64,000 nucleotides of DNA, taken from positions 10,198-74,197 of the forward strand of contig MWEM01000006.1 of the NCBI GenBank assembly GCA_002071085.1, written 5' to 3'. Made by a program: the position numbers and the translations under genes. The notes beneath the pieces are model-generated. The model saw only the letters and a list, made by a program, of their open reading frames with translations, did not search any database and was not told where the DNA came from. This stretch comes from Thermotogota bacterium ADurb.Bin062 (GTDB taxonomy: Bacteria > Thermotogota > Thermotogae > MWEM01). Below, piece by piece: positions 10,394 through 19,554 of this stretch; within the stretch, counting starts at the first letter, position 1; every line of letters begins with the position of its first letter.

Positions 10394-11569
10394 TTATGCG
10401 TGAAGGCTGCTCGCCATGCGATAGATCGCTAACACGTCCTCTTTGTACAACGTTTTGAAGCTTCCGATCGGTCCTCCCCGGGTGCATTTTTCGGCCATCT
10501 CATCGAGGTCCGTGACCGGCAACTTGGCCTCTTGGAAGCTGAGTGGGAGCCCCAACGACCGGTAGAAAGTCTTCAGCCGATCGATCCCTTCTGCGATCAT
10601 ACGGTCCGGATGCACGTAGTCTGGTTCGACGTCCCAAACCCTCTCGAAAAACTGCATAAATTTCGCGGGAAATACCGGGTAAACATACCGCATCCACGAG
10701 GGAAAGAGAAGGGCCAAACCGGCGCCATGGGCGATATCGTACAAGGCGCTCAGTTCGTGTTCCATCGCGTGGGTGGCCCAATCCGAGGCTCTGCCCGTGT
10801 CTAGCAAACCGTTGTGCGCAAGGGTGCCGGCCCACATGATCTCCGCGCGCGCGGCGTAATGCGCGGGTTCCTTCATCAGGATGCCGGCGTGCTTGATAAT
10901 CGTTTTCAGTGTCGCTTCACTCAGCCGGTCGGTGAGATCGACATCCTCAGTTTTGGAAAAGTACCTCTCGAAGATGTGCGCCATCATATCCGCGACTCCG
11001 CACGCCGTCTGATAGGCGGGCAAGGTGTAAGAGAGTTCGGGATTGAGAATCGCGAACTTTGGTCGAAGGAGGGGGCTGCCCGCAGACCGTTTGAACCATT
11101 CGTCCTCGTTTGTGATCACGGTACCCGTGCTATTCTCGCTACCCGCTGCCGGGAAGGTCAATACGACACCCAATGGCAACGCCGCTTTCACTTCGGCTTT
11201 TCCCACGAAAAAGTCCCAGACGTCGCCCGCGTAGGGAACCCCCATAGCGATCGCCTTCGCGGAATCGATCACGCTTCCGCCTCCGACCGCGAGGATACAA
11301 TCTACCTCCTCTTTTCGGCACATTTCTATTCCCGTTCTTACCAGAGAGAGACGCGGATTGGGTTGTGCGCCTCCCAATTCCACCCACTTGATACCTCGCT
11401 CTTTTAACGCGCGAATGACACGATCGTATAGACCGCTTTTTTTAATGCTGCCACCGCCGTAGTGTAGCAAGATTTTTCGGCCGCAATGAGCCGTTTCTGC
11501 TCCGACTTGCGCTTCTGTCCCTTTTCCAAAAATGATCTTGGTCGGATTGTAATATTCGAAATTGTCCAT
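10394..11569 (-). CDS. Iron-containing alcohol dehydrogenase (BdhA/YqhD-like)
   Basis: FEYYNPTKIIFGKG, GGGSVID, D..AH, H..EH, HGAGLA metal ligands. Confidence 0.92.
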   Translation of the reverse strand: MDNFEYYNPTKIIFGKGTEAQVGAETAHCGRKILLHYGGGSIKKSGLYDRVIRALKERGIKWVELGGAQPNPRLSLVRTGIEMCRKEEVDCILAVGGGSVIDSAKAIAMGVPYAGDVWDFFVGKAEVKAALPLGVVLTFPAAGSENSTGTVITNEDEWFKRSAGSPLLRPKFAILNPELSYTLPAYQTACGVADMMAHIFERYFSKTEDVDLTDRLSEATLKTIIKHAGILMKEPAHYAARAEIMWAGTLAHNGLLDTGRASDWATHAMEHELSALYDIAHGAGLALLFPSWMRYVYPVFPAKFMQFFERVWDVEPDYVHPDRMIAEGIDRLKTFYRSLGLPLSFQEAKLPVTDLDEMAEKCTRGGPIGSFKTLYKEDVLAIYRMASSLHA

Positions 11570-11615
11570 CCCACTCCTCCTGCACTTATGAGATGTCCAC
11601 GTGAGGACATCACAT

Positions 11616-12578
11616 TTAGAAATATTTCTTGATGATAAATGAAGCCGCAATCGCACCGTCCGCCGCCGCCGTCACGATCTGACGGACCTCTTTCTGTCGG
11701 ACATCTCCCACCGCGAAGACTCTTTTTACCGAAGTTTCTAAGGTATGCGGATCCGCGATGATGAACCCGTCTTCGGTCATATCCAAAACCCCTTTGAAGC
11801 AGCCGCTGCTCGGGTCCAGTCCAACATAGATGAAAACCCCGTCAAAGGGTTCCCGGGCGCGCTCTTTTGTTTTAACGTTTTCCAAAAGCAACGACTCTAC
11901 GCTCTGCTCACCTTCGATATCGACCACGACCGTGTCCCAATAAAACCGTATCTTGGGGTTCTGAAAGGCTTTATCCGCTAAGGCTTTCTCTGCGCGTAAC
12001 TGGTCACGTCTATGAATGACTGTCACAGAGCCCGCTGTTTGGGCCAGATATAGCGCCTCGTCGATCGCGGAGCTCCCGCCGCCAACGACCGCAACCTTTT
12101 TGTTCTTAAATAAGGCTCCATCGCATAGCGCGCAGTAGGAAACCCCTTTTCCGGCGAGCCGACGCTCTGAAGGCAGCCCCAGCAGGCGGTAGGAAGAACC
12201 GGTCGAAATCACGATCGTCTTTCCGGCGATGGTTCGCCCTTGATCTGTTTTCACCGTGAGGTTTTCTCCAAAAAACGATACCTCGACGACTCCCTCATGT
12301 AAAATCGTAACGCCCATCCGTTCCGCGTGCTCGCTCCATTTTTGCGCTAATTCCATCCCAACGATCGAGGAGTATGGGGGGTAGTTCTCGATCACCGGGG
12401 TGAAGTTCAAAGTGCCCCCTTCCACCCCTTTCTCCAGCACGAGCGTGGCTAAGCCCCCACGCGCGGCGTATATACCGGCCGTGAGTCCCCCAGGCCCTCC
12501 GCCGATGATCACACAGTCATAGGTGTCCCTCACGTCGCTCTCTTGCTTAAAGATCGACCCTATATCCAAGTGCCCCAT
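11616..12578 (-). CDS. trxB: Thioredoxin-disulfide reductase
   Basis: GGGPGG, GVSYCALCD, GGGSSA, HRRDQLRA, GDV...RQ..TA..DGA.AA. Confidence 0.95.
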   Translation of the reverse strand: MGHLDIGSIFKQESDVRDTYDCVIIGGGPGGLTAGIYAARGGLATLVLEKGVEGGTLNFTPVIENYPPYSSIVGMELAQKWSEHAERMGVTILHEGVVEVSFFGENLTVKTDQGRTIAGKTIVISTGSSYRLLGLPSERRLAGKGVSYCALCDGALFKNKKVAVVGGGSSAIDEALYLAQTAGSVTVIHRRDQLRAEKALADKAFQNPKIRFYWDTVVVDIEGEQSVESLLLENVKTKERAREPFDGVFIYVGLDPSSGCFKGVLDMTEDGFIIADPHTLETSVKRVFAVGDVRQKEVRQIVTAAADGAIAASFIIKKYF

Positions 12579-12586
12579 AATTCCTC

Positions 12587-13243
12587 CTAAAGCGCTTTTT
12601 CTATCGCATTGTAGAGCTCTTCGGGTTTTCGTGATCCGATGAATGTTTGCTTTCCTTCGTTGATCACGGTCATAGGCACCGATTGAACGCCGTATCGCCT
12701 GGATAGGTCATCGAATTGATTCGCTTCGATCATCTCCGAAGTGATCATCGGGTTGAGCATCGCGAAATAGTGTGAGACCACAACCGCCGGCGGACAATGA
12801 GGGCAACTCGTCGTCACGAAGACTTGTATTTTCACGGGTTTATCTATCGCGCGTACTTTCTCGACCAGCGCATCCGGCAGCTCCACGTGATAGTCGTTCG
12901 ATACTGTGATTAGTGTGTGCAAGAGTGTGGCGAATTCGTGGCCCGCGGGTAGGCCAAAAAACCGGATGTTGTCTCGCTCGTCCCCGTCACCGTATATGAC
13001 GAGCGCCGGCATTTTGTCTACGCGCAAACGCCGCGCCCGCTCGCTGTCCTTCCCCTCTATGGATTCCACGTCGAGCTTGCCTTCGGATAACCCTCCTATC
13101 TCATCCATCAATTCGCCTGTGATCCTCGTCTCTTCACTCGTGTCTTCCCTCGAAAAAAAGAAATTGATCTTCACCGGGTTTTTGAGTTCTTTGGCGAACC
13201 TTTCCCTGACCGCTTGCTGATCCTTCTCTTTCAATAATGGCAT
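12587..13243 (-). CDS. Protein disulfide oxidoreductase (PDO / AhpF-NTD-like, two thioredoxin folds)
   Basis: GLPAGHEF, VFVTTSCPHC, IEANQF, YGVQSVP; upstream of trxB. Confidence 0.9.
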   Translation of the reverse strand: MPLLKEKDQQAVRERFAKELKNPVKINFFFSREDTSEETRITGELMDEIGGLSEGKLDVESIEGKDSERARRLRVDKMPALVIYGDGDERDNIRFFGLPAGHEFATLLHTLITVSNDYHVELPDALVEKVRAIDKPVKIQVFVTTSCPHCPPAVVVSHYFAMLNPMITSEMIEANQFDDLSRRYGVQSVPMTVINEGKQTFIGSRKPEELYNAIEKAL

Positions 13244-13258
13244 AGTATTCCCTCCTCG

Positions 13259-13287
13259 ATTATATACCCTATAGGGGTATATGTAAG
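13259..13287 (-). promoter_or_regulatory. pdo-trxB promoter with a CsoR-family-like operator in the spacer
   Basis: Minus strand CTTACA-17 bp-TATAAT; inverted repeat ATATACCC-N5-GGGTATAT at 13262-13282. Confidence 0.7.
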
Positions 13288-13445
13288 ACGAAATCGTGCA
13301 GCGCTTTCTTTTTGCAAAGCGTTATATTATAATACGAAAAAGGCAAAACGAGACTTTGAGTGTGGATATACTATCGAGGTGCGGCAAAAAAGATTAGAGG
13401 AGGAAGCTCGCCTTTTACTCTTTTTTCCGCTACGATGAGCCGCGG

Positions 13446-13737
13446 GGTTATCGCGGGGTAAGTGGTTTTTACGACCCCGCGATCCGCCCTACGCCCTTTT
13501 CAAATGCGTATCGCGCCGTCGCGAAAAGAAGGGGCGCTTACGCCGCGATGCTCTCGTGGGTTATCGCGGGGTAAGTGGTTTTTACGACCCCGCGATCCGC
13601 CCTTTGCCCTTCTCAAAAGCGTATCGCGCCGTTGCGAAAAGAATGGGCGCTTACGCCGCGATGACAAAATGGACAAAAAATCACGCGATCGATTCTGGCC
13701 TTGTTTCTTGACTACACCTTATAACTTGACACACACG
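13446..13737 (+). repeat. Mosaic repeat array A (X-Y-X-Y-Z)
   Basis: 113-bp tandem unit twice (X hairpin 13450-13483 and 13563-13596; Y 13506-13550 and 13619-13663), then Z module ~13670-13737. Confidence 0.92.
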
Positions 13738-13747
13738 AATTCGGAGG

Positions 13748-14173
13748 TTGGATTTGGCGAATCAAAAACACTTATGGGCGCCGATGGCCTTGGTGTTAGC
13801 CGTTTTAGGGCTGGTCGGTTTTCTCTTTATCGATACAGCGAGGGAGAAAGAAATCGTTTTTGAAGCCGACCGGCTTGTGATCCCCGGAGTCTTCGGCGCA
13901 ATAGTACGGCGAGACCAAGTCGAATCCGTGACGCTGGTCGAGCGAATACCCAAAATCCTCTTAAGAACAAACGGAGCGAGCGTGGGCCACATCCGTTTCG
14001 GGCTTTTCAAGTTGGAAGGCACGGAAAAGGCGCATCTCACCGTAATGGACAAAGACAACCCGCCCTTCGTCTTGATCGCCTCCAATAACCGAGCGCTCTA
14101 CATCAACTTCGCGCAGAAAGAAAAAACGTTGCAGCTCTTTGAGGAGATTCGCGCTTGGGCGCGAGGAAAGTGA
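13748..14173 (+). CDS. Membrane-anchored bacterial PH-domain-like protein
   Basis: N-terminal TM, then LLRTNGASVGHIRFGLFKL pattern; start uncertain (13748 or 13754). Confidence 0.6.
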   Translation: MDLANQKHLWAPMALVLAVLGLVGFLFIDTAREKEIVFEADRLVIPGVFGAIVRRDQVESVTLVERIPKILLRTNGASVGHIRFGLFKLEGTEKAHLTVMDKDNPPFVLIASNNRALYINFAQKEKTLQLFEEIRAWARGK

Positions 14174-14182
14174 GGAAATACA

Positions 14183-15061
14183 ATGAGCGAGAGTACCGGC
14201 TTCTTCTCTAAAAAAAATATACGCGAGATCCTCTTTTCCTCTTTGGGCGTACTATTAACTGCCATCGGACTGGTTTCCTTCCTCATTCCTTTCCATATCG
14301 CGGCCGGCGGGGTGAGCGGTATCGCGATCATTCTCTCGCACTTCCTTCCGCTTCCCGTTGGCGTGCTGATGTACCTGTTGAACGGAGTTCTGTTCTTGAT
14401 TTCTTTCTTCGTGATTGGGAGAGAGTTTGGTCTGCGCAGCGTCTATTGCACTTTCCTGCTGAACTTCCTCATCGATCTGTTTGACCGGGGAATCCCGTTC
14501 CCGAAGTATACAGGTGATGACTTGATCCTGTCCGCGCTTTTAGGGGTCATCATCTCTGCTCTGGGAATGGCGATCACCTTCAACCAGAACTCCTCCACGG
14601 GCGGCACGGACATCGTTGCCCGCATATTGAACAAGTACGCGGGGACCTCAATGGGGTTGTCCTTGCTCTTGATCGACCTGGTGATCGGGGTCTTCGCCGG
14701 GGTGGCGTATGAAACACGTGTCGGTATGTATTCGGTCTTATCGGTTATCCTAAACGGGTTAACGATCGACTACATCATACGCGTTCTCAACAACACCCTG
14801 ACCGTATTAATCATCTCGGAAAAGAACAACGCGATCAGCGATTTCATTATGAAAACGCTTGAACGAGGCGTGACCCGCCTAAAAGGGGAGGGTGCGTGGA
14901 CTCAAAACGAGAAGAATATGCTTTACATCGCCCTAAAACGAAAAGAGATGACCGATACCATACGGCAAATAAGAGAAATAGACCCGAAGGCCTTTATCGT
15001 CGTTCAAGAGGCGGCGCACGTGATAGGAGAAGGGTTTACCCACATCTCCAGGATATTTTAG
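14183..15061 (+). CDS. YitT family membrane protein (DUF161 + DUF2179)
   Basis: AAGGVSG, SSTGGTDI, RGVT...GEGA.T, DPKAFIVV.EA.HVIGEGF. Confidence 0.92.
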   Translation: MSESTGFFSKKNIREILFSSLGVLLTAIGLVSFLIPFHIAAGGVSGIAIILSHFLPLPVGVLMYLLNGVLFLISFFVIGREFGLRSVYCTFLLNFLIDLFDRGIPFPKYTGDDLILSALLGVIISALGMAITFNQNSSTGGTDIVARILNKYAGTSMGLSLLLIDLVIGVFAGVAYETRVGMYSVLSVILNGLTIDYIIRVLNNTLTVLIISEKNNAISDFIMKTLERGVTRLKGEGAWTQNEKNMLYIALKRKEMTDTIRQIREIDPKAFIVVQEAAHVIGEGFTHISRIF

Positions 15062-15122
15062 CGCCCTCCAAACGCGCTGCCCGGCGTATCTTATGGCGAG
15101 TCTTTTACGAAGCGGGGGCCGG

Positions 15123-16343
15123 TCACTTCTCTCTTATACCCTCGACGGAGACCGGTATCACGCGTTCTGCGAGGTAGGGGACCGCGGCACGAGCGTCTTT
15201 CAACCCGTTCCCTGTGATCATCAGCGCGACACGCGCCTTCGCATTCAGAAATCCTTCGTCTTTTAATCGCTTCAAACCGGCGTAGGCGGCGGCGCCGGCG
15301 GGTTCCGCGAAGACTCCGGAGGCGCGCGCCAGCTCGACAATCGATTTTCCGATCTCTTCATCGCTGACGGTCAAGAAAAAACCGTTATGCCTTTCCGCCC
15401 ACTGACACGCCTTGATCACGTCCCTCGGCTTACCGACTGCTATCGAGTCCGCCAGACTCGTCGCGTCTTGTATATCCGCAGGCGTAAAAGGCTCACCTCG
15501 ATAAAACGTTCGGCAAACGGCGTTTGCCCCTTCTGACTGTATCCCAATGATGGTCGGGATTCGGCCGATGAGGCGCAGTTGAGCCAATTCTTCGGCCGCT
15601 TTGTGTATGCTGCTGTAAACGGTGCCATCGCCCACGCCGACCAGAATGATGTCAGGCGCGCGCATATTCAGCTCTCGGATCAATTCGAAGGTTCCCGTTT
15701 TCTTCCCTTCCAGCAGATACGGATTTATCGCGGAATTGCGACAGTACCAGCCTTTCTGAAACCCTTCTCGCAAGGAGAGGTCGAAGGCTTCGTCGTAACT
15801 CCCACGGACGGCGAAGACCTGAGCGCCGTAGATGAGTAATTGCGCGATCTTCGCCTCCGGTGCGGTTTCGGGTAGATAGATATGGGCTTTCAATCCCGCA
15901 GGCGCGCACAGTCCCGCGAGCGAACTCGCCGCGTTCCCCGTGGAAGCGGCGAAGAGGTCGGTGTATCCATACTCGAGGGCTTTTGCGATAGCAACCACGC
16001 TAGCCCGGTCCTTGAAAGAGGCCGTCGGATTTTTCCCGTCGTCTTTGATCCACAGTTCCTGTATGCCAAACTCTCGCTCAATTCGTGGAGCGCGTACCAG
16101 GGGGGTGTTCCCCACGTACAGCGAGGGCGGCAGCGGATCCTTCACGATGGGCAAGAGGTCTGCATAAGCCCATATTCCCGGGTATTCGGACCGATACCAT
16201 TGAGTTTTTGAGGTGAGCGAGTAGACGACTTCTAATGTCCCCATACGGTCTAAACAGTCCGGACACGTGTACAGCTCGCGGTCGGGGACGTACTCCTTCC
16301 CACAATTTACACAGCGCAACAAGTAAGTCATCGGATGGTTCAT
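15123..16343 (-). CDS. Threonine synthase-like PLP enzyme (fold II, Zn-ribbon N-terminus)
   Basis: CxxC...CPxC, NPTASFKDR, ASTGNAA, VGDG, EPAGAAA, TGNGLK. Confidence 0.85.
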   Translation of the reverse strand: MNHPMTYLLRCVNCGKEYVPDRELYTCPDCLDRMGTLEVVYSLTSKTQWYRSEYPGIWAYADLLPIVKDPLPPSLYVGNTPLVRAPRIEREFGIQELWIKDDGKNPTASFKDRASVVAIAKALEYGYTDLFAASTGNAASSLAGLCAPAGLKAHIYLPETAPEAKIAQLLIYGAQVFAVRGSYDEAFDLSLREGFQKGWYCRNSAINPYLLEGKKTGTFELIRELNMRAPDIILVGVGDGTVYSSIHKAAEELAQLRLIGRIPTIIGIQSEGANAVCRTFYRGEPFTPADIQDATSLADSIAVGKPRDVIKACQWAERHNGFFLTVSDEEIGKSIVELARASGVFAEPAGAAAYAGLKRLKDEGFLNAKARVALMITGNGLKDARAAVPYLAERVIPVSVEGIREK

Positions 16344-17428
16344 AATAAAACCCCGCTGATCGCCCGCGCGGGGCAACGGCTTTCGCAAAGGCCGCATCCA
16401 AAACACAGGGCGGGATCGACGATGATCCTCCTGTCACGGTTTTCCATCGCGTCATAAGGACAATTCTCTACGCATCGATTGCATAAGGTGCACAGCTTGG
16501 GATCGATCACCGGTAGGCGCCTCTCGAAAAGGGTGGCGGTGTTACTTTTCAACGCTAACCCTTGTACGCTCCGCATATCCGAAAACCCGAGGCTCTCCAG
16601 CACGGCCGGTAGCGCGGAGATAATTTTCCGATACAAGGTCTTTCCTTTGAGCATGGCGGCGGAGAGCATCTGGACCGCGCTGGCTCCGCACTTGAGGAAG
16701 TCGATCACGTCCTGAGCGGAACCGACGCCTCCGACGCCGATGATGGGTATATCGACCGACGTGGCGATCTTCCGTATGATCGCGAGCGACAGAGGTTTGA
16801 TGACAGGGCCGGAGATCCAACCGAATCCGTCCGCGCTACCCAAAGGAGAAGTGGAGAGGTTCGCCCGGACCGGATAGACCGGCCCTAAGGAGTTGATGGC
16901 GACGAGTCCGTATCCCCCTTCCGCTTTGACCATTTTGGCGAACTCGACCGGGTCCGGTATATGGGGACTGAGTTTGATGAAAATGGGACGGTCCGTCGCC
17001 CGCGCGGCGGCGCGTATCGTTTTCGCGATAGGATCGAGGGTTCGGCCCAGGTAGTGCGTGCTCAGTTCGAAGGCGTCCGCGAAGCGTTCAAATCGAGGGA
17101 TGAGCGAGAGAATCTCCCCTTCTGTGTATCCGAGGCTGACAAAGGTCGGTTTCCCCGCGGCTCTGACCGCGGGTAAAAAGTCCTCTTCCCAACGTTCGGG
17201 CGGATATTCGGACCACAGCTCGGTGTTCACGATGTAATCGTTTCCGCCTATGATACAAGGGCGCGGTACTTGGGCTGCGCGCACGCTGATCGTTTTTGTG
17301 ACGATTCCTCCTACCCCTTGAGCTATTAAACCGAGGATTTTCCCGCTATCGCCCACGAGCGGGCCGGAAGCCGGCATTAGCGGATTGGCCAAGGTCAGGC
17401 GGTCCCCTATACGTACAGAAAGGTCCAT
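16340..17428 (-). CDS. Dihydroorotate/dihydropyrimidine dehydrogenase (PreA)-like flavoprotein with C-terminal 2x[4Fe-4S]
   Basis: NPLMPASGP, TKT, KLSP, GWISG..IKP, IIGVGG; CxxCxxCxxxCP twice. Confidence 0.8.
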   Translation of the reverse strand: MDLSVRIGDRLTLANPLMPASGPLVGDSGKILGLIAQGVGGIVTKTISVRAAQVPRPCIIGGNDYIVNTELWSEYPPERWEEDFLPAVRAAGKPTFVSLGYTEGEILSLIPRFERFADAFELSTHYLGRTLDPIAKTIRAAARATDRPIFIKLSPHIPDPVEFAKMVKAEGGYGLVAINSLGPVYPVRANLSTSPLGSADGFGWISGPVIKPLSLAIIRKIATSVDIPIIGVGGVGSAQDVIDFLKCGASAVQMLSAAMLKGKTLYRKIISALPAVLESLGFSDMRSVQGLALKSNTATLFERRLPVIDPKLCTLCNRCVENCPYDAMENRDRRIIVDPALCFGCGLCESRCPARAISGVLL

Positions 17429-17457
17429 CTTCTCATCCCCTTTCATTTAAAAAAGGA

Positions 17458-18495
17458 CTATGTGTACCGTTCGTTGAACAGCTCTAGCAAAACCGGGTTT
17501 TCCCGAACCGTTTGCAACGCGTACGCCGCGTGATCTTTGGCATAGCCGTTACCAACGATCATATCGATGTCCTTCCCTACGCCTTCCGCGCCAAGGGCGG
17601 CTTTTGTGAAGCTCGTTGCCATAGAGAAGAAGTAGACCAGCCCACGTTCTTTCGTGGAGAGAATACAACCCATCTCGGTGTTCGGGGAGTTCACCACGTT
17701 GATGACCACATCGCAGAGCTTGCCGTTCGTTTCCTTTTCTATGGCGTTGTAGACGTTCAACGCATCGGTCGCGTCCACCAGGAGTATGGAATCGCAAGCC
17801 CCCAGTTTCTCTACCTCCGCGCGTTTAACCTCCCTGCGTATCAAACCGATGACCTTCCCGGTCACTCCGGCCATTTTTTTTGCCACGTAAGCGCACAACA
17901 TCCCTGACTTCCCGCTCGCGCCCAGGATCATCACGGTGTCGCCGGGTTTGACCATCCGAGCCGTTTGAATCGGCGCGCCGGCGACGTCTAGAATCGAGAG
18001 CGCGAGGGTTTCGGACATATCGTTAGGAAGCTGCGCGCACACGCCGCTCTCAAAGAGGATTGCCTTAGCCGTGACCTCGACCTGTTCTTTTTCGAGGTGC
18101 ACTTTGTGAATTTTTTCGATCTTCAAAGGTGTCAGCGAGAGGGAGACCAACGTGCAGACGTTGTCGCCCACTTTCACGCCGTGTTTTTCAGCCATCTGGG
18201 GGGATATCCGCGCGATCTTTCCGAGTAGCATTCCACCCGAGCCCGTCACCGGATTATGCATCTTTCCGCGCTCGTTCACGATGGATAGGATCTTTTCGGC
18301 CACTTTCGCCTCATCGTTTCCGGCTTCTTCTTTGATCTGTCGGAAAGAAGCCGAGTCGATGTTGAGGACGGACACATCGATCAAAATCTCGTTGTCGTAG
18401 ACTTTTTCCATATCATTGCAAATCTTCCAAGCGGGTTGAGGTAACGCGCCCGCAGGTTCGATCACTCTGTGCGCTCCGTACGGTGATCCTGTCAC
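17458..18495 (-). CDS. kdd: L-erythro-3,5-diaminohexanoate dehydrogenase
   Basis: YGAHRVIEP.GALPQPAWK, LNIDSASF, NPVTGSGGML, LDVAGAP, FFSMATSFTKAALGAEG; GTG after GAGGAGG. Confidence 0.92.
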   Translation of the reverse strand: MTGSPYGAHRVIEPAGALPQPAWKICNDMEKVYDNEILIDVSVLNIDSASFRQIKEEAGNDEAKVAEKILSIVNERGKMHNPVTGSGGMLLGKIARISPQMAEKHGVKVGDNVCTLVSLSLTPLKIEKIHKVHLEKEQVEVTAKAILFESGVCAQLPNDMSETLALSILDVAGAPIQTARMVKPGDTVMILGASGKSGMLCAYVAKKMAGVTGKVIGLIRREVKRAEVEKLGACDSILLVDATDALNVYNAIEKETNGKLCDVVINVVNSPNTEMGCILSTKERGLVYFFSMATSFTKAALGAEGVGKDIDMIVGNGYAKDHAAYALQTVRENPVLLELFNERYT

Positions 18496-18512
18496 GTCAT
18501 TCTCCTCCTCAA

Positions 18513-19523
18513 TCAATAGTATATTTCTATGGGATAGGTAACTTTCATTTGCGGGAACTCTTCCGTGAGCCATTTCTCCCACAACTCGACCTTTTTCTCC
18601 AGGGAGAGTAAGTTTTTCGCTTCCTCGCGGTAAGGGCTCTGTCCGGTTCGGGTGCCGGAGAAATCGTTGATACGGATGAGATGGTAGCCAAGTTGGGTTT
18701 GAATCGGGCCTATGACGTCTCCCACCTGATAGCCGAAAGCGACGTCGAATTGAGGGAAGGCGCCCTTCTCCAGCCAGCCCAGGTTTCCGCCGTTATGCTT
18801 CGTCAGGTCGTCTCGAGAGTACAATTCCGCCGTTTTTTCGAATCCAATGGTTTGAACCGAAGAGAGGACGAGGTTGACGTTGTCCTCTTTCTGCAACAAA
18901 ATATGAGAGATGTTCACCGAGGCCGTTTCATCCGCGGGCAATGGGTGGCTCTTGATATAGGCGTCCACTTCGGCGTCACTGACTGGGACGGCGGCGATGA
19001 TCTTGTCCATCAGCTGTATATTGGTGAGCGTCACTTTTCGCTGAAAGGCCAGGTGCTCCTTATAGTCCGTGAGAGAATCGAAGCCCTGGGTCACGATGTA
19101 GTTTTCAAATTCCGCTTCGGTCAATTGGTTTTGATCCAAAATATCCTTGATATAGGTGTTCACATAGCGCAACATATCGGCGTCTTCGTAGTGGATGCCC
19201 CAGGATTTGGCGATCTCTATCAACAGAAAGGAGTCGATGAGTTTGTATAAGACGATCGTTTTGTATTTAACTAAAAAATCGAACCCCTCTTCAGTGCCCA
19301 GGAGAATTTCGTAGAAGTTTTCGTTGTTTTGCTTGATAGTGAGCAGCGTGTAGGTCAAGTTCGATTCGATATCGAGCGTTTTCGCGTAAATCGGTTTCCC
19401 GTTGACCTTCGCCACAACAGTATCTGAGGGTAATGACAATTTTCCATAGTCTTTCTGCGCATAGCCTATCGTGATGAGAAACACGGAGAGTATGAGGCCT
19501 CCGATCCATCTTCTTACTGTCAT
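18513..19523 (-). CDS. SurA/PrsA-like parvulin peptidyl-prolyl isomerase
   Basis: Signal peptide, VVAKVNG, SHIL, A..YS.D...K.NGGNLGW, TQLGYHLIR. Confidence 0.88.
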   Translation of the reverse strand: MTVRRWIGGLILSVFLITIGYAQKDYGKLSLPSDTVVAKVNGKPIYAKTLDIESNLTYTLLTIKQNNENFYEILLGTEEGFDFLVKYKTIVLYKLIDSFLLIEIAKSWGIHYEDADMLRYVNTYIKDILDQNQLTEAEFENYIVTQGFDSLTDYKEHLAFQRKVTLTNIQLMDKIIAAVPVSDAEVDAYIKSHPLPADETASVNISHILLQKEDNVNLVLSSVQTIGFEKTAELYSRDDLTKHNGGNLGWLEKGAFPQFDVAFGYQVGDVIGPIQTQLGYHLIRINDFSGTRTGQSPYREEAKNLLSLEKKVELWEKWLTEEFPQMKVTYPIEIYY

Positions 19524-19554
19524 GATTCGCTTTCTCCTTTCGGACCGTTCGTCA

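Noticed and set aside
13462-13863. ORFs over the repeat arrays (also 35164-35528, 47997-48281, 52970-53638, 61436-62031, 63135-63551)
   Set aside because: They recur as the same peptides (GALTPR, SRDFVNFRSQP, TENTE) because they translate repeat modules; no RBS or family motifs, so treated as non-coding.
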